A stretch of DNA of 24,413 nt from a virus (IMGVR_UViG_3300025296_000125:1-24413), one strand, 5' to 3'. Shown: positions 8,662 to 16,906, counted from the first letter of the stretch. Translations and numbers: made by a program. Notes: generated by a model not told the origin, from the letters alone.

Positions 8662-9145
8662 AATACCAACACATTTAAGCGATATGTGGATTGTTTTAAC
8701 AAACGCATTGAATATTGGTGCGCTGCGACAATCATTATCATTGGAAGAAATCATAATGAGAATGAGTTCAAGTGGTATGTCAAAAGGTGTTATTAAAGAA
8801 GCATTAATCCGTGATCTTCAAGAAGGTGGGCAAATATTTGGTGATTTTAGGAAACAATTTAAAACTACAATGAAGTGGGGTGTCGAAGAAACATCAAGGC
8901 GGGAATCGTTAGATGGTTTGGATGTTAATGCAACCAAATGGGAATGGCTTGGGATCGGCGATAAAAGTATATGCGATAATTGTAAAGATCGCAATGCAAT
9001 GGGTATAAAAGAATGGACAGATTGGGAAGCAATGGGATTACCGGGTGGCGGTTCAACTATTTGCGGGGCAAATTGTAGATGCAGAATGGTAATTGCTGAA
9101 TCAGTAGATAAACCGGTAGGTGGAATTGTATTAAAAAAATTATGA
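8636..9145 (+). CDS. Minor head morphogenesis protein (SPP1 gp7/Mu F-like C-terminal domain)
   Basis: WEW...ICDNCKDR...LPG...CGANCRC motif. The start codon is uncertain. Confidence 0.65.
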   Translation: MIVPSTDSEIPTHLSDMWIVLTNALNIGALRQSLSLEEIIMRMSSSGMSKGVIKEALIRDLQEGGQIFGDFRKQFKTTMKWGVEETSRRESLDGLDVNATKWEWLGIGDKSICDNCKDRNAMGIKEWTDWEAMGLPGGGSTICGANCRCRMVIAESVDKPVGGIVLKKL

Positions 9146-9176
9146 AAGATTTAATCAACTCAAACAAGAGGTTAAA

Positions 9177-9734
9177 ATGACAGAAGAAAAAGTCGAAGTC
9201 CCAGACGTAAAACAGGACACCACTCCCGTTGCAAGTGAAGAAAAGCAACCCGTCAGTCAAGTTCCTTATGCACGATTCAGCGAACTTGTGGACGAAAAAA
9301 ACACGTTAAAGGTTGAACTTGATTCTATTAAAAAACAGAACAAGGAACAGGCTGAAAACCGGAAACTGAAGGACATGGAAGAAAAGGGCGAATACGAAAA
9401 GATCATGGCGGAAATGACTTCCAAACTTCAAACTGCCGAAACAAAAGCCAAAGCCTTTGATGATTATCAGGCATCCCGGCGAGAGTCGTTATTATCGAAA
9501 CTGCCTGAAGAAGATCGTGCCGTTTACGATGGACTTCCGTTAGAAAAGTTGGAAGTTCATGTGGAAAAAGTCAATACGAAACCTTCACCGGCTTCCGTTG
9601 ATAACTCAAAACCAACATCCACCGGCGGATATTCTTCGTTTGAAGAATGGGCAACACTTGATCCTGAAGGATACAAGAAAGCCAACGATCCGCAGCAATC
9701 TGGAAAGATTAGACTTGGATATGGATCAGACTGA
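9177..9734 (+). CDS. Head scaffolding protein (putative)
   Basis: Acidic coiled-coil with VPYARFSE and EEKGEYEK; GAGG RBS; lies upstream of the capsid gene. Confidence 0.7.
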   Translation: MTEEKVEVPDVKQDTTPVASEEKQPVSQVPYARFSELVDEKNTLKVELDSIKKQNKEQAENRKLKDMEEKGEYEKIMAEMTSKLQTAETKAKAFDDYQASRRESLLSKLPEEDRAVYDGLPLEKLEVHVEKVNTKPSPASVDNSKPTSTGGYSSFEEWATLDPEGYKKANDPQQSGKIRLGYGSD

Positions 9735-9960
9735 TATATTTAAACAGAAACTCGACCCGGATAATGACTTGCGCCATGAGAAAATAGATGGTGGCGAAGA
9801 TATTAAGTGTACTTATAAAGGATCACGAGTTACTTATGACGATTACCTCGACATTCACGAAGAACGCGGGGAAAGAGTCCAGAAGGGCAAACCGCCCAGA
9901 AGTATTGGTATGTTTAGTGGGTTCGGACCTGGAACAATGAAGAAGCCGTATGATGACTAA
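9721..9960 (+). CDS. Hypothetical protein
   Basis: MDQTDIFKQKLDPDNDLRHEK..., 79 aa, between scaffold and capsid genes. Confidence 0.55.
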   Translation: MDQTDIFKQKLDPDNDLRHEKIDGGEDIKCTYKGSRVTYDDYLDIHEERGERVQKGKPPRSIGMFSGFGPGTMKKPYDD

Positions 9961-9992
9961 ATTTTTAACCTACTTAATAGGAGTTTAAGCAA

Positions 9993-11380
9993 ATGGCTTT
10001 AACTAATACCTCAACCGCTGCCGGTGGACTCGGAAGAACCATTGGCGATGCGGTTATTGCGTTCAATCATACTAATGTGATGTACCCGCTTGTAACTGTT
10101 AAACAGGCTGCAAGGGGATCGAATCATGTTCAGTTCTCTGATTGGACGAAACTCACTTCAAGCAATGTAACTGCCGCGACACAGGCAACTGCTACAACCG
10201 CAGTCGCTATTACTACCGCAGCAAGGACGGCAACCATTTCGGAACACGTTATCGAATCACAAGTAAGTGATCTGGTTTTGATGGGTTCTGGAGATGACGT
10301 AGAAAATCAAGCCGGTCCGGCTCTTGGTAACGCAGTAGCAGCAAAACTTGATGATGATCTTGTGGAACTTGGTATGGAAATGCCGTCTGCGTAAGTGATT
10401 ATGCAGATTATTATTGGAATATTAAGCGGGAAACCTAAATGCAAAAGCACAAGGCAATCCGAACCGAAGGCTATTCAAAGAATAGTCAGGGGCAGAGCAT
10501 AGGCGATGAAAAGATATAATTCGCCCAAGAGATTCCAACAACTCATAAGAGTTGAAAAGATATGCCGATACTTGTTAGAAATGACAAGATGTAAGATAAA
10601 AAACTTACTACAACAAATGAAAGGTTTCTCACAAACTGAATGTGGTGCGGGAACGTCCCTGGCACTCTCTCATATCTTTGGTGCAATGCGTCAAAAGGCG
10701 CAATTGTTAAGAAATTAATGATTAAAAATCGGATGAATTGCTGGAAATCTAAATTGTTTAAAACAACACGACAATCAGCAGCCAAGCCACAAACGCTTTT
10801 GTGGAAGGTTCAGAGACTAATGGGTTTAACAAGCGTGTTATGTAATACCATATTAGCGTCCGACACCGTAGCATTTAATGCCGGTGATGATATAGTCCGT
10901 TCCATTGGGAAACCTATGGGTAAAACGCAAATGAGAGCAGCCGGTGCGCCAATGCCGTATTCGTTAGTTTTATCCCCAAAACAAGTTTGGGGTGGAAAAG
11001 GAATCATATCCTTGCTTCATAATGTTGCAGTAGATACAACTGGAACTTCAACATCTAACACCGGTAAAGCCGCACCAGTTGGCTTAATGGGTTCTAAAGG
11101 TGAAGAAGCCTTCCAGACGGGATTCGTTGGAAATCTCGCAGGATTTTCAATTTACTGGAGTGATCAAATTGATGAGAATGTCAGTTCTGGCGGGGATGCA
11201 GCCGGGTTCTCAATGTCTAAAGGCGCAGTTGGTCTTGGCGTGGGTGCTGATGGTCTATTTAGGATCGCAACCCAACGTGAAGAATCAGAACGTATGACAA
11301 AGTACGTTGCTACCGGATTTTGGGGCGAAATTGAAGTAAAAGATACCTACGGTGTCTATATCTTGAGTGATGTTTCTTAA
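9993..11380 (+). CDS. Major capsid protein, spliced: join(9993..10373,10620..10691,10928..11380), 301 aa
   Basis: AGGAG RBS. The exons join in frame: ...LGNAVAAKLDDDLVELG|KGFSQTECGAGTSLALSHIFGAMR|QMRAAGAPMPYSLVLSPKQVW...GFVGNLAGFSIYWS... This matches the usual HK97-fold capsid pattern, size and gene position. Confidence 0.88.
10374..10619 (+). ncRNA. Group I self-splicing intron 1 (246 nt, ORF-less) in the capsid gene
   Basis: P1 GGUAU-GGAA-AUGCC with U10373.G; P2 10386-10407 (GUGA loop); P3 UUGGAAU(10414-20)/AUUCCAA(10532-38); P6 arm 10469-87; P7 G-A-GCAUA(10495-10501)/UAUGCC(10561-66); P7.1 GGCGA/UCGCC; P8 CAACUC/GAGUUG; P9 with GAAA loop; terminal G10619. Removal restores the reading frame. 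Confidence 0.87.
10692..10927 (+). ncRNA. Group I self-splicing intron 2 (236 nt, ORF-less) in the capsid gene
   Basis: P1 UGCGUC-AAAA-GGCGCA with U10691.G; canonical elements P AAUUGCUGGAAA, Q AAUCAGCAGCC, R UUCAGAGACUA and S GAUGAUAUAGUCC; P3 UCGGAUG(10729-35)/CGUCCGA(10857-63); P9.0 GU(10899-900)/AC(10925-26); terminal G10927. Confidence 0.93.
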
Positions 11381-11399
11381 TCTTAACTGATTAAATGGT

Positions 11400-11426
11400 G
11401 ATGGGCGGGGTTTATCCCCGCCTGTT
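11400..11426 (+). terminator. GC-rich hairpin after the capsid gene (weak terminator or mRNA-stabilising stem)
   Basis: GATGGGCGGGG-TTTAT-CCCCGCCTGTT, with no long U-tract. Confidence 0.5.
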
Positions 11427-11440
11427 CCAAAGGAGAAAAA

Positions 11441-11596
11441 ATGAGCAAATATTTTAAAAAACCATCGGGTGCTATCGTTGAATACGATGAAATAAATCAC
11501 GATCTGAAATCACTTCAAGATCGATTCGAAGAATGCAATGCAGACGGAAGTAAAGTCGAGCCAAAGCCGAAGCCTAAAAAAGAAAAAAAAGATTAA
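11441..11596 (+). CDS. Small hypothetical protein (not in ORF track)
   Basis: AAGGAG RBS; MSKYFKKPSGAIVEYDEINHDLKSLQDRFEECNADGSKVEPKPKPKKEKKD, 51 aa. Confidence 0.7.
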   Translation: MSKYFKKPSGAIVEYDEINHDLKSLQDRFEECNADGSKVEPKPKPKKEKKD

Positions 11597-11607
11597 TTAT
11601 TAACCAA

Positions 11608-11642
11608 AATGCCCATGAGATCGACAGGCTCGGTAAGGCATT
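11608..11642 (+). promoter_or_regulatory. Stem-loop motif, copy 1 (CCAUG...CGGUAAG)
   Basis: AAUGCC/GGCAUU stem, CAU/GGUAA internal loop and GAG/CUC stem, directly before the AAGGAG RBS. Confidence 0.55.
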
Positions 11643-11656
11643 AAAGGAGAAACAAT

Positions 11657-11998
11657 ATGTCAATGAGAGAATATGGCGTTGTTGAAGCGCAGAATTTAGC
11701 GATGGGACAGGCCGGATCAATATTCGTAACGGGAACAACTGCCGTTACTTGTGGGGCGGGTTCGGGTGTCTTTGTTGCAATCCAATTTATTGAAGATACA
11801 GTATTCGCTTCCGGTAGTGGGGGACTAATCGCAGAAACAGAACAATTATACCCGGATGATACGGGTGCGGGTACATTGATCGATGCTAACGGCGGGGCAG
11901 CAATCGATGGTGAAACTTTCCCACAGGGAATGACGATTTACGGAAGATGGACCGGATTTACTTTGGCATCGGGTGCTTGTATAGCATACGTTGGTTAA
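11657..11998 (+). CDS. Putative virion structural protein (possible head decoration)
   Basis: Strong RBS; Gly-rich, beta-type 113 aa; located after the capsid gene. Confidence 0.6.
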   Translation: MSMREYGVVEAQNLAMGQAGSIFVTGTTAVTCGAGSGVFVAIQFIEDTVFASGSGGLIAETEQLYPDDTGAGTLIDANGGAAIDGETFPQGMTIYGRWTGFTLASGACIAYVG

Positions 11999-12124
11999 AT
12001 GTTAAAATTAGGACTATCAGTATTAACAATACCTAACCAGGTTGCACGATTAGTGCGAGATTTATGGAGAAGTATTAATGACACTTGGGATTTGGAAGAA
12101 CGCAAGTGGCAAAACATTGTTTAA
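11999..12124 (+). CDS. Small hypothetical protein (not in ORF track)
   Basis: MLKLGLSVLTIPNQVARLVRDLWRSINDTWDLEERKWQNIV, starting immediately after the previous stop codon. Confidence 0.55.
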   Translation: MLKLGLSVLTIPNQVARLVRDLWRSINDTWDLEERKWQNIV

Positions 12125-12129
12125 AAACA

Positions 12130-12170
12130 CTTATAACCATGTCAGACAATTTCGGGCGGTAAGTTATAAG
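12130..12170 (+). promoter_or_regulatory. Stem-loop motif, copy 2 (CCAUG...CGGUAAG)
   Basis: CUUAUAAC/GUUAUAAG stem, the same CAU/GGUAA internal loop, and GUC/GGC stem, upstream of the fibre gene RBS. Confidence 0.55.
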
Positions 12171-12195
12171 ATTAAAAAGGAAATAGGAGAATAAA

Positions 12196-14409
12196 ATGGC
12201 AGCTTTAGGCGCACAATCAATCGCCAGTTCGTATGAGCAACTTTTACACGTTGATCGGGACGGTGGCGGTAATTCTACAACACACGTTAGCGTAAAGGAC
12301 GGCGATAATGGAACGACCTTCGGGTTTACTATCGCATCCGATGCGTTAATGATGTCAAGCACAAACCGATTAGAATTTGGTGATACTGGAACGTATATAC
12401 ATCAGTCCGCTGATGGTGTACTTGATTTAGTATCTGATACAGAGATCGAAATAAACGCAACCACAATCGATATGAACGGTGCGTTGGATTTATCCGGGAA
12501 TGCACAATTAAGCGGGACAGTAACCGTTGGTGCTGATGGAAGCGGAACAGATGTAATCTTTTATAGCGGAACGGCGGGTGATAATCTTACTTGGGATGCT
12601 TCAGCGGAGAAACTAACTATCACCGGGACTGATGGACAAACCTCATTAGATGTTGCCGATGGAAATGTTTCGATTACAGATAATTTAGACGTTGACGGCA
12701 CAACCAATTTAGATGCCGTTGATATTGATGGGAATGTTCAATTAGATGGCACATTCACGGTAGGAACTGATGGTTCAGGACAGGATGTCATTCTTTATAG
12801 TGGTACAGCGGGGGATAACTTTACATGGGATTCATCTGAAGAAAAATTGACTATTACCGGTACAAACGGGCAGACGGCTTTAGATGTTGCCGATGGAAAC
12901 GTATCGATCGCAGATGATTTGGCAGTTGATGGAACTTCAAATTTAGACAACACAGATATTGATGGAACATTAGCGGTTGACGGCGCAACTATTTCTTTAG
13001 ATGCAACAACATCTTTTAATATTGATAATACAAATACTTCAAATGGAGTTACTATTAATACGGCAACTTCGGGCGGTCCAATCTCAATCGGGCATACCAC
13101 TTCAGAAACGACAGTTAATGATAATTTAGTTGTTACTGGTGATATTGATTTAGCGGGAAGTATAGACTGTGATGGAACTGCGAATCTTGATAATACAGAC
13201 ATAGACGGAACATTAACACAAGATGCCGGGAATGTTGTATTTAATGAAGATTCTGGTGATTATGATTTCCGGGTAGAATCAAACGGCAATGCCAATATGT
13301 TATTTGTAGATGGCGGCACAGACTCGATAGGTATTGGAACAAATGCACCAATGCAATATTGGCCTCTCCATGTTTATCAAGGGGATGCCGGAACTGACCC
13401 AAGTTGGGAAACTACAGAAGCAAGAAACCTTGCGCTTTTTGAAACAGATAATACTGAAGGGTCAATCGCTATTTTTGCACCGGCTAATGCTACCGGACTT
13501 ATGTATTCGTTTGCCGAACCAGGTACACGAATAACTGGTGGTATGATGTATAGTAATAATACAAATACAATGACACTTCAAACGAATGCAAACGATAGAG
13601 TTGTCATTGACTCCTCCGGCGCAACTTATATCGGCGACACCGCAAACGGCAGTATGACGACTGGTCTTACCATTAATCAAGGTGCTTCCGATGATGAAAT
13701 CATGGCTTTTAAATCAAGTGATGTGGCTCACCCAATGACGGCTGAAGCTGAAGCTGATACCTATGGTAAGTTTTTCAAACACACAGCGACTGCCGGTGGA
13801 CTGCAAATAAGCGGGTTCAAGGATGCCGATGGTACTGCAGAAGGTGCTTTGGCTCTCACGGGGTTTTTAGGTGAAGCCGCTGATACAACCAAATCAAATT
13901 CGGGTGGGGCCGTAATCAATCTCACATCTATAATAACTGACGGTAGCACAGGTGCAACGGTTGTAGGGTCTGACGGAAACCTCGTCGCGATTCATAACGC
14001 CGGAAATGCGCGGTTCATTTTTGATGCTGAAGGTTCATTCCATGCAGACGTAGAAAGCACAACTTTCGACCATTATGAAGATGCACAACTGGTTCGTGCT
14101 TTTGATTTATCTCATGGTAAAGATGTAATCGTTTCAAAGTTTGATGAGTTTATTGATTATAACCATGAAACACTTGCTGATTTAAAACTTGTTGGTAGAG
14201 AAGAAGATGGCACACCAAATAAGTTCTTAAATGTTACGAAGTTACAACAGTTACATAATGGCGCAATCTGGCAACAATATACCGAAATGCAGAAGATGAA
14301 AGAGTTGATGTATGATACGATGGTTGAAATGCTTGGCAAAGAAAAGGCAGATCAGAAATTAACGGATCACGATATTCAATTACTTGATAATAAAACCTTG
14401 CTTAATTAG
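12196..14409 (+). CDS. Fibre-like virion protein with beta-repeat shaft and possible C-terminal chaperone-like region
   Basis: 737 aa, G/T/D-rich, with repeated VDGTTNLD.DIDG units and the fibre-type segment DFRVESNGNANMLFVDGG..IGIGT. Confidence 0.75.
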   Translation: MAALGAQSIASSYEQLLHVDRDGGGNSTTHVSVKDGDNGTTFGFTIASDALMMSSTNRLEFGDTGTYIHQSADGVLDLVSDTEIEINATTIDMNGALDLSGNAQLSGTVTVGADGSGTDVIFYSGTAGDNLTWDASAEKLTITGTDGQTSLDVADGNVSITDNLDVDGTTNLDAVDIDGNVQLDGTFTVGTDGSGQDVILYSGTAGDNFTWDSSEEKLTITGTNGQTALDVADGNVSIADDLAVDGTSNLDNTDIDGTLAVDGATISLDATTSFNIDNTNTSNGVTINTATSGGPISIGHTTSETTVNDNLVVTGDIDLAGSIDCDGTANLDNTDIDGTLTQDAGNVVFNEDSGDYDFRVESNGNANMLFVDGGTDSIGIGTNAPMQYWPLHVYQGDAGTDPSWETTEARNLALFETDNTEGSIAIFAPANATGLMYSFAEPGTRITGGMMYSNNTNTMTLQTNANDRVVIDSSGATYIGDTANGSMTTGLTINQGASDDEIMAFKSSDVAHPMTAEAEADTYGKFFKHTATAGGLQISGFKDADGTAEGALALTGFLGEAADTTKSNSGGAVINLTSIITDGSTGATVVGSDGNLVAIHNAGNARFIFDAEGSFHADVESTTFDHYEDAQLVRAFDLSHGKDVIVSKFDEFIDYNHETLADLKLVGREEDGTPNKFLNVTKLQQLHNGAIWQQYTEMQKMKELMYDTMVEMLGKEKADQKLTDHDIQLLDNKTLLN
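12496..12966 (+). repeat. Diverged tandem duplication, period 234 nt (78 aa), within the fibre gene
   Basis: GTVTVGADGSGTDVIFYSGTAGDNLTWDASAEKLTITGTDGQTSLDVADGNVSI (12514) versus GTFTVGTDGSGQDVILYSGTAGDNFTWDSSEEKLTITGTNGQTALDVADGNVSI (12748). Confidence 0.85.
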
Positions 14410-14418
14410 GAGATAAAA

Positions 14419-14625
14419 ATGGCAAAAGAAATCACAATCAGTATGGAAGATTCGCAGTTTGAAAGTCTGCAAGAAGCATACGCAAAAGATGATAATTCGG
14501 TTGAAAAAGCCGATGTTGATGTGGCCTATGTAAAAGGCCGGTTAGTGAATATCCTGAAGGCTAAAGTCAGAAATTATGACGATGCCAAACAGGAAGTTAG
14601 TTATTCAACATTCGATCCATCATAA
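14419..14625 (+). CDS. Hypothetical protein
   Basis: AGGAG RBS; 68 aa. Confidence 0.7.
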   Translation: MAKEITISMEDSQFESLQEAYAKDDNSVEKADVDVAYVKGRLVNILKAKVRNYDDAKQEVSYSTFDPS

Positions 14626-14644
14626 AATAATGGGAGGCAATGAC

Positions 14645-14797
14645 ATGGAAAAAAGAATCGAGCAACTGAAGGCAGATCGCCAACAGTTGAATATGCGATT
14701 AGCAGAAATCAATTTCTTGATTAACGGTTATGAAACCACAATTAAGGCTGAAAAAGAAAAGCCAAAAGAAGAAAAGGATGAACAAACCGCAGATTGA
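14645..14797 (+). CDS. Small coiled-coil protein
   Basis: GGAGG RBS; MEKRIEQLKADRQQLNMRLAEINFLINGYE... Confidence 0.65.
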   Translation: MEKRIEQLKADRQQLNMRLAEINFLINGYETTIKAEKEKPKEEKDEQTAD

Positions 14798-15011
14798 CGA
14801 ATACCGCGTGGAAGTAGTGGACCGTCTGGCACGGATCGAATCTAAAATTGAATCGATCTTTCAGGAATCCAGGGATACGAAACTGCAACTGCAAATGCAG
14901 AATGGACGGGTGCGAAAACTTGAAGGCGGTATGTCTGCGATCCAAGCGATCGGTTCGGTGGTTAGTATTGTTTTCGGTGGATTCATTGCATACTTGTTTA
15001 AAGGGAGATAA
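14778..15011 (+). CDS. Coiled-coil protein with C-terminal TM helix (XhlA/holin-like)
   Basis: DRLARIESKIE...NGRVRKLE followed by a hydrophobic C-terminal helix; lies next to the lysin gene. Confidence 0.6.
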   Translation: MNKPQIDEYRVEVVDRLARIESKIESIFQESRDTKLQLQMQNGRVRKLEGGMSAIQAIGSVVSIVFGGFIAYLFKGR

Positions 15012-15013
15012 AT

Positions 15014-15250
15014 ATGAGTGATTGGTTTAACTGGACGAATTTCTTTTACCTGGCGGGATTGGTTCTTGCCGGTGGCGCGACATTTGTTGGCTTGAGATAC
15101 AAGAAATTAGTTGATGAAATAAAAGAGGTTTTCAAAGTACTTCAAGAAGCGTATGCCGATGACGGAAAACTTGACAACGAAGAACGCAAGAAAATAATGA
15201 AGGAAGTTCTGGATGTTATGGGTGCGTTATTAAAGATTGCTTGGAAGTGA
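15014..15250 (+). CDS. Putative holin
   Basis: N-terminal TM helix; GGAG RBS; immediately upstream of the lysin gene. Confidence 0.55.
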   Translation: MSDWFNWTNFFYLAGLVLAGGATFVGLRYKKLVDEIKEVFKVLQEAYADDGKLDNEERKKIMKEVLDVMGALLKIAWK

Positions 15251-15732
15251 TAAGTCCGACACAAATTAAATCGCTCATCAAATCCACTTGTGAAAAGATA
15301 GGCGGGAAATTTGCTTCTGATGATGCAGTTACACTTGTTCACGAAACGGGTTTAGTTGAATCTGGGTATAAATACCTTCGTCAGTTGGGAGATGGACCGG
15401 CAAAAAGTTTCTGGCAGATTGAACCGGCTTCGGCAGTTGATAATTTGATGCACTATTTAAAACATCGTAAATCATTAATGAGCAAATGTGCGGAAGCAAG
15501 TATGGTTGATATAAAGCATTGGCAGAATTACGATGAAAACGCATGGGCGGATATATTGGAAAAGAATATTGCTGCCGGGATAGTTCATTGTCGTTTGAAG
15601 TATTGGCGAGTGCCAAAGAAAATGCCGAACACATTAGAAGGCCGTGCAAGATACTGGAAGAAATATTACAATACGGATCAGGGAAAAGGGACGGAAGAAA
15701 AATACATGGATACGGTAAAGGAATATTTATGA
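15247..15732 (+). CDS. Lysozyme-fold endolysin (putative)
   Basis: VESG..YLRQLGDGPAKSFWQIEP and YWKKYYNT..GKG motifs; GTGA overlap with the holin stop. Confidence 0.7.
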   Translation: MISPTQIKSLIKSTCEKIGGKFASDDAVTLVHETGLVESGYKYLRQLGDGPAKSFWQIEPASAVDNLMHYLKHRKSLMSKCAEASMVDIKHWQNYDENAWADILEKNIAAGIVHCRLKYWRVPKKMPNTLEGRARYWKKYYNTDQGKGTEEKYMDTVKEYL

Positions 15733-15914
15733 GTCTTGGAAAAAGCATAAATACAATAAAAGACAAAGCCAATGATATTGATCTGAATGTTTTGTTTGAA
15801 AACCCGGAAACATATTTCAACGACATTGTAGAATTGCTGCATCTTATCAGAAAGATCGAAGAACCGACACGAATTAATTTTAAAGATTTAAAGAATAGGA
15901 TATTTCAATCATGA
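15729..15914 (+). CDS. Hypothetical protein
   Basis: ATGA overlaps at both ends; MSLGKSINTIKDKAND... Confidence 0.6.
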   Translation: MSLGKSINTIKDKANDIDLNVLFENPETYFNDIVELLHLIRKIEEPTRINFKDLKNRIFQS

Positions 15915-16906
15915 GTACATACGAAGCCACCTATTGCAACACGAATACAGACCTTCAATTTATTGAACCGAATATAAATAATTATAATTTAAGAAGAATA
16001 TTGCCCGGTGATTGGGTAGCATCCGGAACGACTGATTTATATTATCTTTATTCAGCGGGATATGTAACACAACTTTTTAAAGACGGCGAAGAAATGACTT
16101 CCGTTACCGATACACCAGATGCAAATAAAGAATTTAATTACGCAACGGGGACAGGATTATTGAGTTTCTTTTTAGAAAATTCATCAACATCGCTTTTGGA
16201 TAGTGCCGTGATCGAAGCCGGTCGCGATTGGTTGGAAACGAAACAAGAAAGCGTTCGTAAATCGAGCGACTTATGCCGCAATGTTTTGCCCGTTCCGATC
16301 TATCCACGCAAAGGTGTGGGAATGTCATCTGCTTCATCTGCTTCCACAAGTTCAGATTGGCCGGAGATTATTGTAAGAAGCGCGGCGATTATTGCCTGTG
16401 CTGATTTAATCCGTCCTTATGATAAAGAAAAAGGCGATGAATTAATGGCGATGGCGATGAATCCAGAAGGTACGGGATACCTTGATATGGTTCGTACCGG
16501 CCAGATCGCTCTTTCACAGGATGAAGGCTTGGCGAAACATTCTGGAATCATACGTGAGATCGCAATTAATGCAAGTACCACTGGAAGTATAATTGATGTA
16601 CGCGGAACGCCAACTGTCGATTGGGATGTTATAAAAATTATTTGCAGTACGGCGGGAACATTTACTTCTGGTTCGGCTTCGGGTGTGAAATACGATACTT
16701 ATGTTAAAGATGATACTGGATTAAAGATTGATAAATCAAGCGACGCAGAAACAATCGATGGCGGATTCCAAGATGTAGGTCATGGGATGCAAGTTCGATT
16801 TTCTCCTGGTGTTTACACAATTAATGATGAATGGGAATTAGAGGTATCTGGTATAGTTGATTCAAGAACAATGGCAATTAAATACGCAACGGCGGAAAGA
16901 ATTTAA
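15911..16906 (+). CDS. Putative head-tail adaptor/neck protein with extra domains
   Basis: YCNTNTDL start and central WPEIIVRSAAIIACADL...YLDMVRTGQIAL resemble Mu gp36-like adaptors; gene position fits. Confidence 0.55.
   Translation: MSTYEATYCNTNTDLQFIEPNINNYNLRRILPGDWVASGTTDLYYLYSAGYVTQLFKDGEEMTSVTDTPDANKEFNYATGTGLLSFFLENSSTSLLDSAVIEAGRDWLETKQESVRKSSDLCRNVLPVPIYPRKGVGMSSASSASTSSDWPEIIVRSAAIIACADLIRPYDKEKGDELMAMAMNPEGTGYLDMVRTGQIALSQDEGLAKHSGIIREIAINASTTGSIIDVRGTPTVDWDVIKIICSTAGTFTSGSASGVKYDTYVKDDTGLKIDKSSDAETIDGGFQDVGHGMQVRFSPGVYTINDEWELEVSGIVDSRTMAIKYATAERI

Noticed and set aside
10506-10718. 70-aa ORF as a gene or intron-encoded protein
   Set aside because: It is intron 1 core sequence plus exon 2 plus the start of intron 2, with no nuclease motif.
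10640-11380. 246-aa ORF in the track as a standalone gene
   Set aside because: Its first 96 codons run out of frame through exon 2 and across intron 2. Only 10928 onward is capsid sequence.
9993-11380. Capsid pseudogene, assembly error, intein or group II intron
   Set aside because: The inserts contain stops or shift the frame, so they are not inteins. They lack GUGYG starts and domain V, and they show complete group I pairings with exact frame restoration.
12496-13210. CRISPR array or DGR template/variable repeat pair
   Set aside because: The repeats are in-frame protein repeats with mostly synonymous, non-adenine-specific differences. There are no spacers and no reverse transcriptase in the window.
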